IMG/VR virus record: IMGVR_UViG_3300035180_001680
DNA: 64,000 nt
Source of the DNA: a virus
Lineage: Duplodnaviria; Caudoviricetes
Reading direction: 5' to 3' (one strand)
Shown: positions 1-10,150 of the stretch, in pieces
Layout: every line of letters starts with the position of its first letter
How positions within the stretch are numbered: the stretch's first letter is position 1
The notes under the pieces: model-generated
The model's input: the letters and a program-made list of their open reading frames with translations, nothing else
Database searches by the model: none
What the model was told of the DNA's origin: nothing
Program-made: the position numbers and the translations under genes

Positions 1-2
1 GG

Positions 3-1604
3 GGAATTAGCATTACTGGGACTGCTGCAAACGCAACAAGTTTAGGTGGAACACCAGCAGCGTCTTATGCGTTACTTGCTTCTCCGTCTTTTACGGGAAC
101 TCCTACTGCCCCCACTGCGCCTTCAAATACTAATACAACACAAATTGCCACAACAGCATTTGTCCTTGGTCAAGCAGGCACATCAAATCCAATTATGGAT
201 GGGACAGTTGCAGTTGGAACTTCTTATTTATATTCACGTCAAGACCACATTCACCCAACAGACACTTCTCGTGCCCCAGTTGCAGGTAGTAGTTCAATCG
301 TAACAGTTGGAACAATCACTTCTGGTACCTGGAATGGTTCAACAGTTGCTACTGGTTATGGTGGAACTGGTTTATCCTCAATTGGTTCTGCTTACCAAAT
401 TCTTGGAGTTAACTCTGGAGCTACTGGACTTGAATATAAAACAGTTTCAGTAGGTTCCGGTGTTAGTGTAACAAACGGAACAGGGACATTAACAATAACA
501 AATACTGGTGTAACATCAAACGTTGCAGGTTCCGGTATTGGAGTGTCTAGTACAACTGGAACAGTAACAATTTCAAACACTGGTGTGTTGTCAGCTGTTG
601 CAGGTTCGGGAATTAGTGTTTCAAGTGCAACAGGAAACATAACATTTGGTAACACTGGTGTACTTTCATTTAATACAAGAACTGGTGTAGTAACATTGAC
701 TTCAACAGACGTAACAACAGCTTTGGGTTTCTCCCCAGTCAACAAGGCTGGAGACACAATGACTGGTTTATTGGTTCTTTCTGGAGATCCAACAGTTGCT
801 CTTGGAGCTGCTACAAAACAATACGTTGATAATGCAGTTGCCGGCTTATCTTGGAAAGAATCTGTTAAGGTTGCAACTACAGCAAATATTACCCTTTCTG
901 GAACACAAACAATTGATGGTGTTGCAGTTATAGCTGGAGACCGCGTTCTCGTTAAGAATCAAACAACAGCCTCCCAAAATGGTATCTACGTTGTTGCTGC
1001 TGGTGCTTGGGGTCGTGCTACAGATGCAACAACTTCTGCTCAAGTTGCTGGTATGGCAGTTTATGTCGATCAAGGAACAACTTTAAATAGTACTGGTTGG
1101 ACAGAGTCAGTTTCTGGCCCAATTACAGTAGGAACAACAAACCTTACGTTCTCACAGTTTACTGGAGCTAATACATATACTGCTGGAACAGGTTTAACGT
1201 TAACTGGAAACACATTTAGTATTACAAACACTGCAGTTACTGCAGGTTCTGGGTATAATACATTTAGTGTGAACGCCCAAGGTCAGGTAACTGCTGCATC
1301 CACAACTGCATATTTAACTGGAAATCAAACAATTACTTGTACAGGTGATGCGACTGGTTCTGGAACAACAAGCATTCCGTTAACACTTGCAAATAGTGGT
1401 GTTGTTGCTGGAACGTATAACACAGGTGGCTCAAACCACTATCCAATTACAGTTAATGCTAAAGGTTTAATAACTTCAGTTGGAACTGCAGTGAATATTA
1501 CAGTTCCATTCTCACAAGTTACCACAACTCCAACAACTACTGTTGGTTATGGAATTACAGATGCAATGATCGTTGGACAGGTTATTGACGGAGGAACTTT
1601 TTAG
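3..1604 (+). CDS. Tail fibre / virion fibre protein (5'-partial)
   Basis: Frame is open from base 3; SPSFTGTPTAPT..NTTQIATTAFV fibre repeat, GDTMTG/AATKQYVD motifs, Gly/Thr-rich. Confidence 0.85.
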   Translation, partial: GISITGTAANATSLGGTPAASYALLASPSFTGTPTAPTAPSNTNTTQIATTAFVLGQAGTSNPIMDGTVAVGTSYLYSRQDHIHPTDTSRAPVAGSSSIVTVGTITSGTWNGSTVATGYGGTGLSSIGSAYQILGVNSGATGLEYKTVSVGSGVSVTNGTGTLTITNTGVTSNVAGSGIGVSSTTGTVTISNTGVLSAVAGSGISVSSATGNITFGNTGVLSFNTRTGVVTLTSTDVTTALGFSPVNKAGDTMTGLLVLSGDPTVALGAATKQYVDNAVAGLSWKESVKVATTANITLSGTQTIDGVAVIAGDRVLVKNQTTASQNGIYVVAAGAWGRATDATTSAQVAGMAVYVDQGTTLNSTGWTESVSGPITVGTTNLTFSQFTGANTYTAGTGLTLTGNTFSITNTAVTAGSGYNTFSVNAQGQVTAASTTAYLTGNQTITCTGDATGSGTTSIPLTLANSGVVAGTYNTGGSNHYPITVNAKGLITSVGTAVNITVPFSQVTTTPTTTVGYGITDAMIVGQVIDGGTF

Positions 1605-1615
1605 ACATTTTAATA

Positions 1616-1727
1616 CTATGAATACTTCTTTTATGGAGAAGTATTCATAGAAGACATAAACCGTATGATCATAAAAGGTATATTAAGTAATAAAACCTTG
1701 TATATACAAGGTATTTTCCTATATAGG
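1616..1727. promoter_or_regulatory. 13-bp-stem hairpin plus two perfect palindromes in an intergenic region
   Basis: CTATGAATACTTC..GAAGTATTCATAG (1616-1650), ACCTTGTATATACAAGGT (1695-1712), CCTATATAGG (1718-1727). Confidence 0.45.
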
Positions 1728-1735
1728 AGGGCCAT

Positions 1736-2824
1736 ATGGCTACAAATACAATTTTAATTAAAAGATCAGCAGTTGCAGCGAAGGTTCCATCTACTACTGA
1801 TTTGCAGTTGGGTGAAATTGCCATTAATACGTATGATGGTAAGATGTATATTAAAAAGAACAATGGAACCGATTCTGTTGTTCAAGTTGGACCACCAGAA
1901 GCATTATCTGGATTAACAGATGTTAATCTAACATCACCCACAACTGGACAGGTCTTGTATTACAATGGAAGCGTGTGGGTTAATAATGCCACTACTCCAA
2001 GCTCTTATTCTACTGTAATTTCATCATGGACACTCGTTTCGGGAAACATATATTATGCAGATGTAACTCATAATCTTGGAACACAAAACGTTGTTGTTTC
2101 TTTGTTCGATAATTCCACAAACGCTTTAATTCAGGCGGATAGTGTTGTGTTGACTTCTACAAATACAGTAACTGTTAAAGTTGCAGGAAATACAAGACAG
2201 ATCAGAATCGTTATCGTTGCAAATGGTTTAACTGTCGTTGGCTCTGGAGCCGTAACATCTGTTGCGGGGAAAACGGGTGCAGTTACTCTTGTTCCTTCAG
2301 ATATTACTGGATTAACTTCAATTATTCCACCTCTCAGAACATTTACGTATTTCCCAGCTAGTTTAGATTCACCAAATAATGCAGATTGGGCTGTTAATGC
2401 TCTTGCTCCTACTGTAACCGATCCGAATAATATTGGTTTAAATGTTCGCCAATTTTCAAATACTGTTGAACAGGGAGTTGGGTGTTATGTATCAATTCCA
2501 TTAGGCGCAACAAATTTAACGTTTTATTATAAGGGGAGGGCACAAACTGCTCCAGGAACAACGGCATCCATACAACCCAAACTTTATGTTAGAAGTCTTC
2601 CAAATAATGGACCTATTAGTTCCTGGAATTTAATCTCTACGCTTGGAGTGTTATCTGTTCCAACAAACAACTATTTTCAGTATTATTCGCAAACAGTAAC
2701 ACTAGCGTCTTTATCGCTTACACCTGGAACTCTTTATCAATTTGAGTTTACAAGAAACAATAGTGTTTCAGGAAATCTTGCAAGTAATTGGTTATTATCT
2801 GAAATTAGTTTAGCGTTTACTTAA
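1736..2824 (+). CDS. Virion structural/fibre protein with Mtd_N-like N-terminus
   Basis: ILIKRSAVAAKVP..LQLGEIAINTYDGKMYIK N-terminus; GGAGG RBS. Confidence 0.7.
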   Translation: MATNTILIKRSAVAAKVPSTTDLQLGEIAINTYDGKMYIKKNNGTDSVVQVGPPEALSGLTDVNLTSPTTGQVLYYNGSVWVNNATTPSSYSTVISSWTLVSGNIYYADVTHNLGTQNVVVSLFDNSTNALIQADSVVLTSTNTVTVKVAGNTRQIRIVIVANGLTVVGSGAVTSVAGKTGAVTLVPSDITGLTSIIPPLRTFTYFPASLDSPNNADWAVNALAPTVTDPNNIGLNVRQFSNTVEQGVGCYVSIPLGATNLTFYYKGRAQTAPGTTASIQPKLYVRSLPNNGPISSWNLISTLGVLSVPTNNYFQYYSQTVTLASLSLTPGTLYQFEFTRNNSVSGNLASNWLLSEISLAFT

Positions 2825-2835
2825 TAGGATAAAAT

Positions 2836-3903
2836 ATGGCACTTCAAAATTATATAGCAACCTCCTCAGGAAACGCTTCATTTTTGTCTGCATATCCTTT
2901 AAAAACCACCGGAGTTCCTAATATTCCTGTTGATACAACGGGAGCATATACCATGATGTTTTGGATGAATACGGCTTCTATTGCCGCAACAAGTGGAGGT
3001 GGTGGTACAGCATCAAGTATGGTTGGAGTATATAATGGTTCCCATCAACAACAAAATGGAACAACTACAACTGGTATGCAGATGGGCATGAATCAAGGTG
3101 GCACAGGTTCGACTGCCCCAGGAACGTTAACATGTTGGACATGGGGAGGAGCAAACTTAGTAACTTCAAATGGTGTTGGATTGACAGGGACAATTTCTCC
3201 TACTTTTGTTGTTACTGGTTCCATTTCTGGTAATACTTTAACAGTGACTGGTGTAACAGCTGGAACAGTTGTTGTGGGGAAGGGGATATCCGGAACTAAT
3301 ATTCAAAATGGAACCCAGATTGTTGCACAATTGACTGGTTCAGGAGGAACAGGAACATATGTAGTTCAACCTGCCCAAACTGCAGCTTCTGGTACAATAA
3401 ACGGAAGATATATTTCTCCCATCGATACATGGGTTCATTGTGCATACAGTTGCACAGTTTCATCAAATGGAGTAGGAACAGCCGGGACTCAAATTCATAG
3501 TATTTATATCAATGGACTTCTCAACAACACTGCTTCAAATGCAATTCAGATAGCAGGATTGCCTACGATGATTTATGTAAATGGATACCCTGTAATACCT
3601 GGTTATACAGGTGCTGAATCAAATAATACTAAAGTTGATGATGTTTATTATTTTAATCGTTTGTTGTCTTCTGAAGAAATTCAAACAATTTATACTACTA
3701 AAGGAATGAGTGATGGAATAACATACGGATTAGTGGGAAGATACGATTTTAATGAAAGTCCAGTTGACACAATTGTAACTTCATGTGTTGATTATAGTGG
3801 AAATGGGAACGTTATGTCACTTACAACTACAGGAACAGGATATGTGTCTCCAACGTATGTTCAAGATTATGCTCAGTGTGATACAAGATTTTTACTTGGA
3901 TAA
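2836..3903 (+). CDS. LamG/concanavalin-A-like lectin domain virion protein
   Basis: YTMMFW..WVHCAY..IYING..VDDVYYFNRLLSSEEI pattern. Confidence 0.75.
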   Translation: MALQNYIATSSGNASFLSAYPLKTTGVPNIPVDTTGAYTMMFWMNTASIAATSGGGGTASSMVGVYNGSHQQQNGTTTTGMQMGMNQGGTGSTAPGTLTCWTWGGANLVTSNGVGLTGTISPTFVVTGSISGNTLTVTGVTAGTVVVGKGISGTNIQNGTQIVAQLTGSGGTGTYVVQPAQTAASGTINGRYISPIDTWVHCAYSCTVSSNGVGTAGTQIHSIYINGLLNNTASNAIQIAGLPTMIYVNGYPVIPGYTGAESNNTKVDDVYYFNRLLSSEEIQTIYTTKGMSDGITYGLVGRYDFNESPVDTIVTSCVDYSGNGNVMSLTTTGTGYVSPTYVQDYAQCDTRFLLG

Positions 3904-3905
3904 AA

Positions 3906-3913
3906 TATAAATA
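3906..3913 (+). promoter_or_regulatory. T4-type late promoter TATAAATA
   Basis: Exact motif upstream of a structural gene; recurs at 10824, 15279, 20137, 27343, 57035 (+) and 31511 (-). Confidence 0.65.
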
Positions 3914-3935
3914 CATTTGTTAAAAGGAATTTTAA

Positions 3936-4739
3936 ATGTCAACTCCAGTTTTAGGTTCATATAGTTTTTCAAATACGCCAGACGTTAACGGAAAACTTGT
4001 ATTATTAAATGGTGGTGGGAATCCTCAAATGTCTTCTGGACTTTTATCAGCTCGTCCTTCATTTGGCAATACAGGGAATATTTACATTGCAACAGATGCA
4101 GCAGCAATGTATCAAGATACAGGCACAAGTTGGATATTAATTGGTGGTGTTGATCCAAATCAAGTGTTTTCAGGAACAGGTTCAATTACTGTTCCTGTGG
4201 GAACAACTGCACAACGTCCAGCATCTCCTACATTCGGAATGATTAGAGGAAATACAGATTTAGGAAATTATGAACGATATACAACACAATGGATTCCTTT
4301 CGGTCAGGTTGTTCAGTTAATTACAGGAAATATTCCTAATCAAACAGGAACAGCACAAATTCCTTATGATAATACAACTCCAAGTTCTTCTGGAGGTTTT
4401 CAAATTTGGAGTCAACCATTTACGCCACTTCTCCCTGATTCTACCGTGATGATATTGTTTAGTTTAATGTTGGATAATTCAACGTCCGGTAGAACAATAA
4501 CAACTGCTGTATTTCGTAATACCACGTTAATTGGAGCTACCTCTGCTAACGTTGGAACTGCAGGAAGACCAATTAATACAACAATATCAAGAACAGACAA
4601 ACCTGGTTCAGTTTCAACGGTTACTTATTCCGCAAGACTGGGAGCCAATGGTTCAGGGACATCTTACGTTAATAGAGGTTCAACTGCAAGTCTAGGAGGA
4701 AGTGGAGACAGCAATTATATAATTATTGAATTTAAGTAA
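3936..4739 (+). CDS. Tail fibre-associated structural protein
   Basis: VPVGTTAQRP..GMIR motif, beta-rich C-terminus, fibre-gene context. Confidence 0.65.
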   Translation: MSTPVLGSYSFSNTPDVNGKLVLLNGGGNPQMSSGLLSARPSFGNTGNIYIATDAAAMYQDTGTSWILIGGVDPNQVFSGTGSITVPVGTTAQRPASPTFGMIRGNTDLGNYERYTTQWIPFGQVVQLITGNIPNQTGTAQIPYDNTTPSSSGGFQIWSQPFTPLLPDSTVMILFSLMLDNSTSGRTITTAVFRNTTLIGATSANVGTAGRPINTTISRTDKPGSVSTVTYSARLGANGSGTSYVNRGSTASLGGSGDSNYIIIEFK

Positions 4740-4795
4740 AATTTAAACAATAAGTTAACATTTACCCATAAATACATAAAATTAGGAGATAAAAA

Positions 4796-5257
4796 ATGGC
4801 AATGACGTATATACAAGCAATTGGAATCGGTTTCCCAGCAGTTCAGTGTCACGCACTTGGTGATGGTTCTGTGTATTCTGATCTCGTTTGGGATGCAGGT
4901 TCTCCAATTCCCGATCAAGCAACACTAGATGCATGGATTGGTGCTAACCCAGATGTTACAGTAAATAACACAATAATCACAAAGCTAGCATTTAGAAATC
5001 GTTTCACACAAACAGAAAAAGTTACAATTGATTTAGCGTCAATAGACAACCCCACAGCACCAGCAGCAACAAGACAATTATCTGCAGCCCTTCGGGTAAT
5101 GGCTGCAGATATGTCAAATGCGTCAAATGTAAATCTTGCACGTCCAGACACGATTGCTGGAGTTCAGGCTCTTGAAACGTATGGATTAATTGGACCGGGT
5201 AGAGCAAATACTATTTTAACTGCTCCAATTCAACCAGAAGAAGTTCCGGCGGCATAA
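4796..5257 (+). CDS. Tail fibre assembly-type protein
   Basis: ITKLAFRNRFTQTEK motif; late promoter and AGGAG RBS upstream. Confidence 0.55.
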   Translation: MAMTYIQAIGIGFPAVQCHALGDGSVYSDLVWDAGSPIPDQATLDAWIGANPDVTVNNTIITKLAFRNRFTQTEKVTIDLASIDNPTAPAATRQLSAALRVMAADMSNASNVNLARPDTIAGVQALETYGLIGPGRANTILTAPIQPEEVPAA

Positions 5258-5272
5258 TATAAGGAGAACGTA

Positions 5273-5923
5273 ATGTGGGCAAAAGCAAAATGTGTGTTAA
5301 CAACAACGTGGAATAATATAAAAAATTTCATTTCGACTACAATTGGAAAAATTAATTGGGTTACTAAAAAAACGTTAACTCCAGAAGAATTTGACGAAAT
5401 TCGAAAATTGTTAGTAGATAACTATTACATAATTGCTTCAAGACACGATGGACACTTGTCCACTTACGCCATAGAAATTGCTCATTGTGTGTTAACTGGA
5501 AAAAGAGGGTATTACGGTCATGTATTCATGAACCTTGAAGATACAGTAGAATCGGATGATAGTTATAGGTTTATCGAAGCTACGGGAACTGGTGTTCATT
5601 ATTCAGGATTTAGTACTGTATTTGATAATCAAACTAGTTCAGTTGCATTATTAAAACCCAAATATATGCCTTTATCAGATTGGACAGCAGTTTTAGACGC
5701 ATCGAAAACATATCTGGGACGTCCTTATGATACTTTATTCAATCTTGCAGATGACAACGCTCTTTCTTGTGTGGAGTTGATTCGTGATGCTTTGAAAGGC
5801 GACCCAGATTATTTAACAAACTTTGCAAACTTTGAAGCAATGATTTCAGCAGACGGAAATTTGGACCCACAAATGTTTTTAGAATGTCCAGACTTTGAAG
5901 TGGTTTGGGAAAAAAGACATTAA
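5273..5923 (+). CDS. Permuted papain-like amidase (YiiX/YaeF, peptidase C92 family)
   Basis: YGHV..FIEA..GV then YLGRPYD..SCVELI (His before Cys). Confidence 0.75.
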   Translation: MWAKAKCVLTTTWNNIKNFISTTIGKINWVTKKTLTPEEFDEIRKLLVDNYYIIASRHDGHLSTYAIEIAHCVLTGKRGYYGHVFMNLEDTVESDDSYRFIEATGTGVHYSGFSTVFDNQTSSVALLKPKYMPLSDWTAVLDASKTYLGRPYDTLFNLADDNALSCVELIRDALKGDPDYLTNFANFEAMISADGNLDPQMFLECPDFEVVWEKRH

Positions 5924-6103
5924 TTTATTGGTGTCTGTTGAGGGGAACATCATAAATACTCATGTGATAAGATATTGAAATATATTTTATCATAACCCTT
6001 GATGTGAATTAAAATAATTTGTATTATATTAGAAGTGAAAACTAAAAAGAAGAAAAACTACTTAAATGTAGATATAACGAGAAAAGCGAAAAGGAGAACA
6101 ACA

Positions 6104-7048
6104 ATGGCTCAACTCTCAATGGAGGCCCTACGGGCACAATTCAAAAAAGCAGATACAAACGAAGGTGGTAGTGGTCAAAATAATTATTACCCATTCTGGA
6201 ATATGGAAATTGGTGAACAATCAATAGTTCGTATTCTCCCAGACAAGAATGAAGACAATCCAAGAGGATTTTTAGTTGAAAAAATGATGCATTCATTAGA
6301 AATTAATGGAGAAAAGAAATCCGTCCCATGCTTAAAAATGTATGGAGAAGATTGTCCGATTTGTAAGGTTTCTACAGCATTTTATAAGAAAGACGATAAA
6401 GATAATGGAAAGAAATACTATCGCAAGAAACAGTATCTCGCTCAGGCTCTCATAATTAGTGATCCACTTCCGGTCGATAAAGATACCGGAGAAACACACG
6501 AAGGGAAGGTTCGTTATCTGGCTCTTGGTAACAAACTTTATGAATCTATTAAGGATGCGTTTGAAAGTGGTGATCTTGAATATCCTCCTTATCTATACGA
6601 AAATGGAACAAACTTTATAATTAAGAAACGCCAGTCTGGTGATTATGCTGATTATTCGCGCAGCTCGTTTGCAAAAAATCCAAGCGATTTGGATGAAGAC
6701 ACAGTTGAACATGTGTCGTCGTCTATCATCGATCTTTCAACTCTTCTTCCAAAACACCCAGGTGTTGATAAAGTTGAGGCTATGTTAAAGGCTGCAATGA
6801 CAGGCGAGGAATATAACATTGGTGATAGTTCGGATAGCGATAGATACGACTCTAGTGACGAAGATGACGTTCTTACTGAAAAAGTTGGCTCTGTAAAAGA
6901 AGCTGCGTCAAAGTCAACGAAAGCAAAGACTCCAGAACCAGTTCAAACAAAAGAAGAACCAGTAAGCAGTTCTGATGGTGATTCTGAAGAAGATCCAGAA
7001 GCTATTCTAGCACGTTTGCGCGCTCGTCGTAAAACAAAAGCAGAATAA
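6104..7048 (+). CDS. Single-stranded DNA-binding protein, T4 gp32-like
   Basis: YYPFW..VRILP, CPIC Zn site, acidic tail; start chosen after AAGGAG RBS; next to uvsX. Confidence 0.85.
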   Translation: MAQLSMEALRAQFKKADTNEGGSGQNNYYPFWNMEIGEQSIVRILPDKNEDNPRGFLVEKMMHSLEINGEKKSVPCLKMYGEDCPICKVSTAFYKKDDKDNGKKYYRKKQYLAQALIISDPLPVDKDTGETHEGKVRYLALGNKLYESIKDAFESGDLEYPPYLYENGTNFIIKKRQSGDYADYSRSSFAKNPSDLDEDTVEHVSSSIIDLSTLLPKHPGVDKVEAMLKAAMTGEEYNIGDSSDSDRYDSSDEDDVLTEKVGSVKEAASKSTKAKTPEPVQTKEEPVSSSDGDSEEDPEAILARLRARRKTKAE

Positions 7049-7060
7049 TTTTTGAGTTAC

Positions 7061-7081
7061 GGGGTGCTTTTTAGGCACCCC
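7061..7081 (+). terminator. GC-rich stem-loop between ssb and uvsX
   Basis: GGGGTGC-TTTTTAG-GCACCCC; no clear U-tract follows. Confidence 0.5.
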
Positions 7082-7102
7082 AATTCACTACTGGAGATTT
7101 TT

Positions 7103-8188
7103 ATGTTAAAATTTAGAAAAGAATTTGAAAAAGATATGGAGAAGGCTGGAATAGATTTAGGAGATTCCGATCCTCCCCGCTATTGGTTTTCAACAGGAAA
7201 TTATGCTTTAAACAAAACAATATCAGGAAGTTTTTTTAGAGGAATTCCACAAGGAAGAGTTGTGTGTTTTGCTGGTCCTTCTGGTTCTGGAAAAACATTT
7301 ACTTTGTGTAATTGTATGAGAGAAGCACAGAAAGAAGATATTTTTGTAGTTGTTGGGGACAGTGAACACGCATTGGATAACAGTTTTGTTTCAAAAATTG
7401 GAGTTGATGTAAGCGAAGACTCATATTTGTATGGTGAATTAGATACAATCCCACAAATGCAGAAATATATCTCATCTTTCCTTAAATCGTACGAAAAAGA
7501 ATATGGTATTGGTAATCCAGATGCACCCAAAGTTCTCATAGTTGTTGACAGTTTGGATATGTTAATGACAGAAACAGAAGAAGAAAACTTTGATAGAGGT
7601 GTATTAAAAGGTGACCAAGGTCAACGTAGCAAACAGATAAAATCTGTGTTAAGGCAATTTGTACACGCCATTAAACACCAAAATGTAAGCATTATAGTGA
7701 CTCACCAAGTGTACAGAAATCAGGATATAACGAACGGTGAAGGGGTGTGGATTGTGAATGAAGCTGTTAAGTATTCATTATCACAAATTACGCTGTTGAC
7801 CAAATTGAAACTTAAAGGTGATGTTGCTGGTGAGGTCCGTGGAATTAGGATGAAGTGTGAAGGTTATAAAACTCGTTTTACACAACCATTTCAGACAGTA
7901 ACAATTGAAGTTCCTTATGAAACTGGAATGGACCCATTCAATGGTTTAATGGATGCCGCAGAAGCATTGGGGGTTCTCACGAAAAAAGGTGCTTGGTATT
8001 ACTTTGGAGAGAAAAATTTTCAATCAAAAGATTTTGGTAGTGTAGCCGTTGATGTATTAATGGCTTGTGAAGCAAAGTCTGATGCGTTCCTTCAGGTAGA
8101 ACTCAAGGAAGGTGAAAAGGAAGATCTGAGTGGTAAATCATCAAAGAGTAAAAGAGTCGCAAAAGCACTAGGAGAACAAAATGAATAA
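7103..8188 (+). CDS. uvsX: RecA-like recombinase UvsX
   Basis: STGNYALN..GIPQGR..AGPSGSGKT, VVDSLDML, KKGAWY. Confidence 0.92.
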   Translation: MLKFRKEFEKDMEKAGIDLGDSDPPRYWFSTGNYALNKTISGSFFRGIPQGRVVCFAGPSGSGKTFTLCNCMREAQKEDIFVVVGDSEHALDNSFVSKIGVDVSEDSYLYGELDTIPQMQKYISSFLKSYEKEYGIGNPDAPKVLIVVDSLDMLMTETEEENFDRGVLKGDQGQRSKQIKSVLRQFVHAIKHQNVSIIVTHQVYRNQDITNGEGVWIVNEAVKYSLSQITLLTKLKLKGDVAGEVRGIRMKCEGYKTRFTQPFQTVTIEVPYETGMDPFNGLMDAAEALGVLTKKGAWYYFGEKNFQSKDFGSVAVDVLMACEAKSDAFLQVELKEGEKEDLSGKSSKSKRVAKALGEQNE

Positions 8189-8214
8189 ATCGAATAAATC
8201 AAGTAGAGGTGATA

Positions 8215-8555
8215 TATTTTATAGGATTCTCAGTTTGGGATGATAAAAATAATTGTTTAAGTTGGAACGATACAATTGAATGGTTCAACATACTTGAAAT
8301 TCAACACGTTCCAGCGATATACGATGGAATATACAACGAAAAAGTGTTCGTTCTGTTGTAGCTGATAATGACTGGTCTAGTCATGAAGGTTATGTTATTA
8401 GAATAGCAGATAGTTTCTCTTATGGAAACTTTCGCAACAATGTTGGGAAAGTTGTCCGGAAGGGACACGTGCAAACAGCAGCACACCACTGGGACTATCA
8501 AAGAATAACACCAAATCTTTTAAAGGTAAAACAATGGACCAAAGAAAAGTTTTAG
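8215..8555 (+). pseudogene. C-terminal remnant of an RNA ligase family gene, frameshifted
   Basis: YFIGFSVWDD..WFNILEIQHVPAIYDG, then after a 1-nt shift HEGYVIRIADSF..KVVRKGHVQT; N-terminal half absent. Confidence 0.65.
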
Positions 8556-9079
8556 AACGAAATAAAATTGTTGAAATGTATGCAGGCTCACGAGCATACG
8601 GAACAAGTCTTCCTACGTCTGATATTGACATTCGAGGAATTTTTGTTGGGGATCCTGTGAGTATTCGAACACCTTTCTTTCATGTAGATGAAGTGGAACT
8701 TCCAGAAAATGATATTAAATTTTTTGAGTTAAATAAATTTATAAAGTTAGTTGTAGACCAAAATCCAAATGTTGTTGAATTGTTGTGGACAAGTGGACCT
8801 GACATCATCATGTCATCTCCTGCGTACGAATTGCTCCGGCAAGCTAGAGGCAACCTGCTAACATCCAAGGTTGCATTCGCAACTTCTGGATATGCATTTT
8901 CTCAACTTTCCAGAATGAAAAATTCCAAAAAAAATGTAAACAGTTTAGAACCATTAAATGACCTTTGTTCTCTGTTAAAACGAGCTGTCGAAGATGGTAA
9001 TATTGATAAAAACTTTATCGAAGAACACTGTGGAAATAACGTTTTAAATTATATGTTAGAAAATAAATACTTAGTATAA
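8534..9079 (+). CDS. Pol-beta-superfamily nucleotidyltransferase (PF10127/RlaP-like), N-terminal part
   Basis: AGSRAYGT..SDIDIRG, ELNKFIKL..NPNVVELL..GYAFSQL. Confidence 0.85.
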   Translation: MDQRKVLERNKIVEMYAGSRAYGTSLPTSDIDIRGIFVGDPVSIRTPFFHVDEVELPENDIKFFELNKFIKLVVDQNPNVVELLWTSGPDIIMSSPAYELLRQARGNLLTSKVAFATSGYAFSQLSRMKNSKKNVNSLEPLNDLCSLLKRAVEDGNIDKNFIEEHCGNNVLNYMLENKYLV

Positions 9080-9115
9080 ATGCTCTTATGCAACTTAAAG
9101 GCATGGACGGTCATA

Positions 9116-10150
9116 ATGGAAGATATTAACAATAATTTTATTGAGCGAATTAAAAATAGCTCCCTGATACGGAAAGATGGAAAAATTAATTCTCCAGCTA
9201 TAAAAAGTGTGCGTAATACACAATTAATTCAAGAAATAATACAAAGTACTAACTACCTTAACAACGATATTTCTTTTTCTCAGAGATGGTGGCATATACA
9301 AAACGGAAAAAATGTTCCTACATGCACAGAATGTAATAAAGAATTGATGTGGAATACCCGCTTATGTAAGTATCTTCGCTTTTGTAGTCAAAAATGTGCT
9401 GTAACTTCTGAGGAGGCATCGGACCGAACCAGTAAACATTTTATGGGACAAAAATTGACAAAAGAACAAGTACAAAAAAGAAAACAAAAAAGAAAACAAA
9501 ACGGATATTATGTGAACAGAGAAAAAACGATTGAATTATTAAGTCAACAAAAACAAGGAGAAAAAAATCCTCAATATGGAAAAACACCATGGAATTTTGG
9601 ATTGTGTGGGGAATTAAATCCTAACTTCGGAAAAAGGCGACCTGGAACTGGTTTAAAGGGAGAAAAAAATCCTCAATATGGGAAATCCCCATCCAAACAA
9701 GCAGGGAGGGGGATTAATGGAAAATTTAACAATTTACACTTTCGTAGTAGTTTAGAAATGTTATATTTAATGTATTGGTATGAAAACAATGTTAATGTTG
9801 TCAGTGCTGAAAACATTAAGTTTCGGGTCAAGTATATTAATTCCAGTGGAGTTAAACGAACATATTCACCTGATTTTTTTATAAATGAAACTAACACGTT
9901 GGTGGAAATTAAACCAGAAAATCTTCACACAAACGTAGAAGTATTGCAAAAATTTAATACCCTAAAAGAAACTCATACACAATTGGTTTGTGAGTTGGTG
10001 GGGTTTAAACAAATTAGTAATTTTATTCAAACAATTATTAAACAAAACAAGATTGATTATTATATAAAATCTGGTATATTAGAAATTTCTTTATTTCAAC
10101 TTGAAAGGCTAAAACACAATTATGGTGACATCATTAGAGCAACTCTTTAA
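9116..10150 (+). mobile_element. Free-standing homing endonuclease: Zn-binding motif, NUMOD3-like repeats, PD-(D/E)xK nuclease
   Basis: CTEC..FCSQKC, 2x GEKNPQYGK, FRSSLE..YSPDF..LVEIKP; lies inside the NTase gene. Confidence 0.8.
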
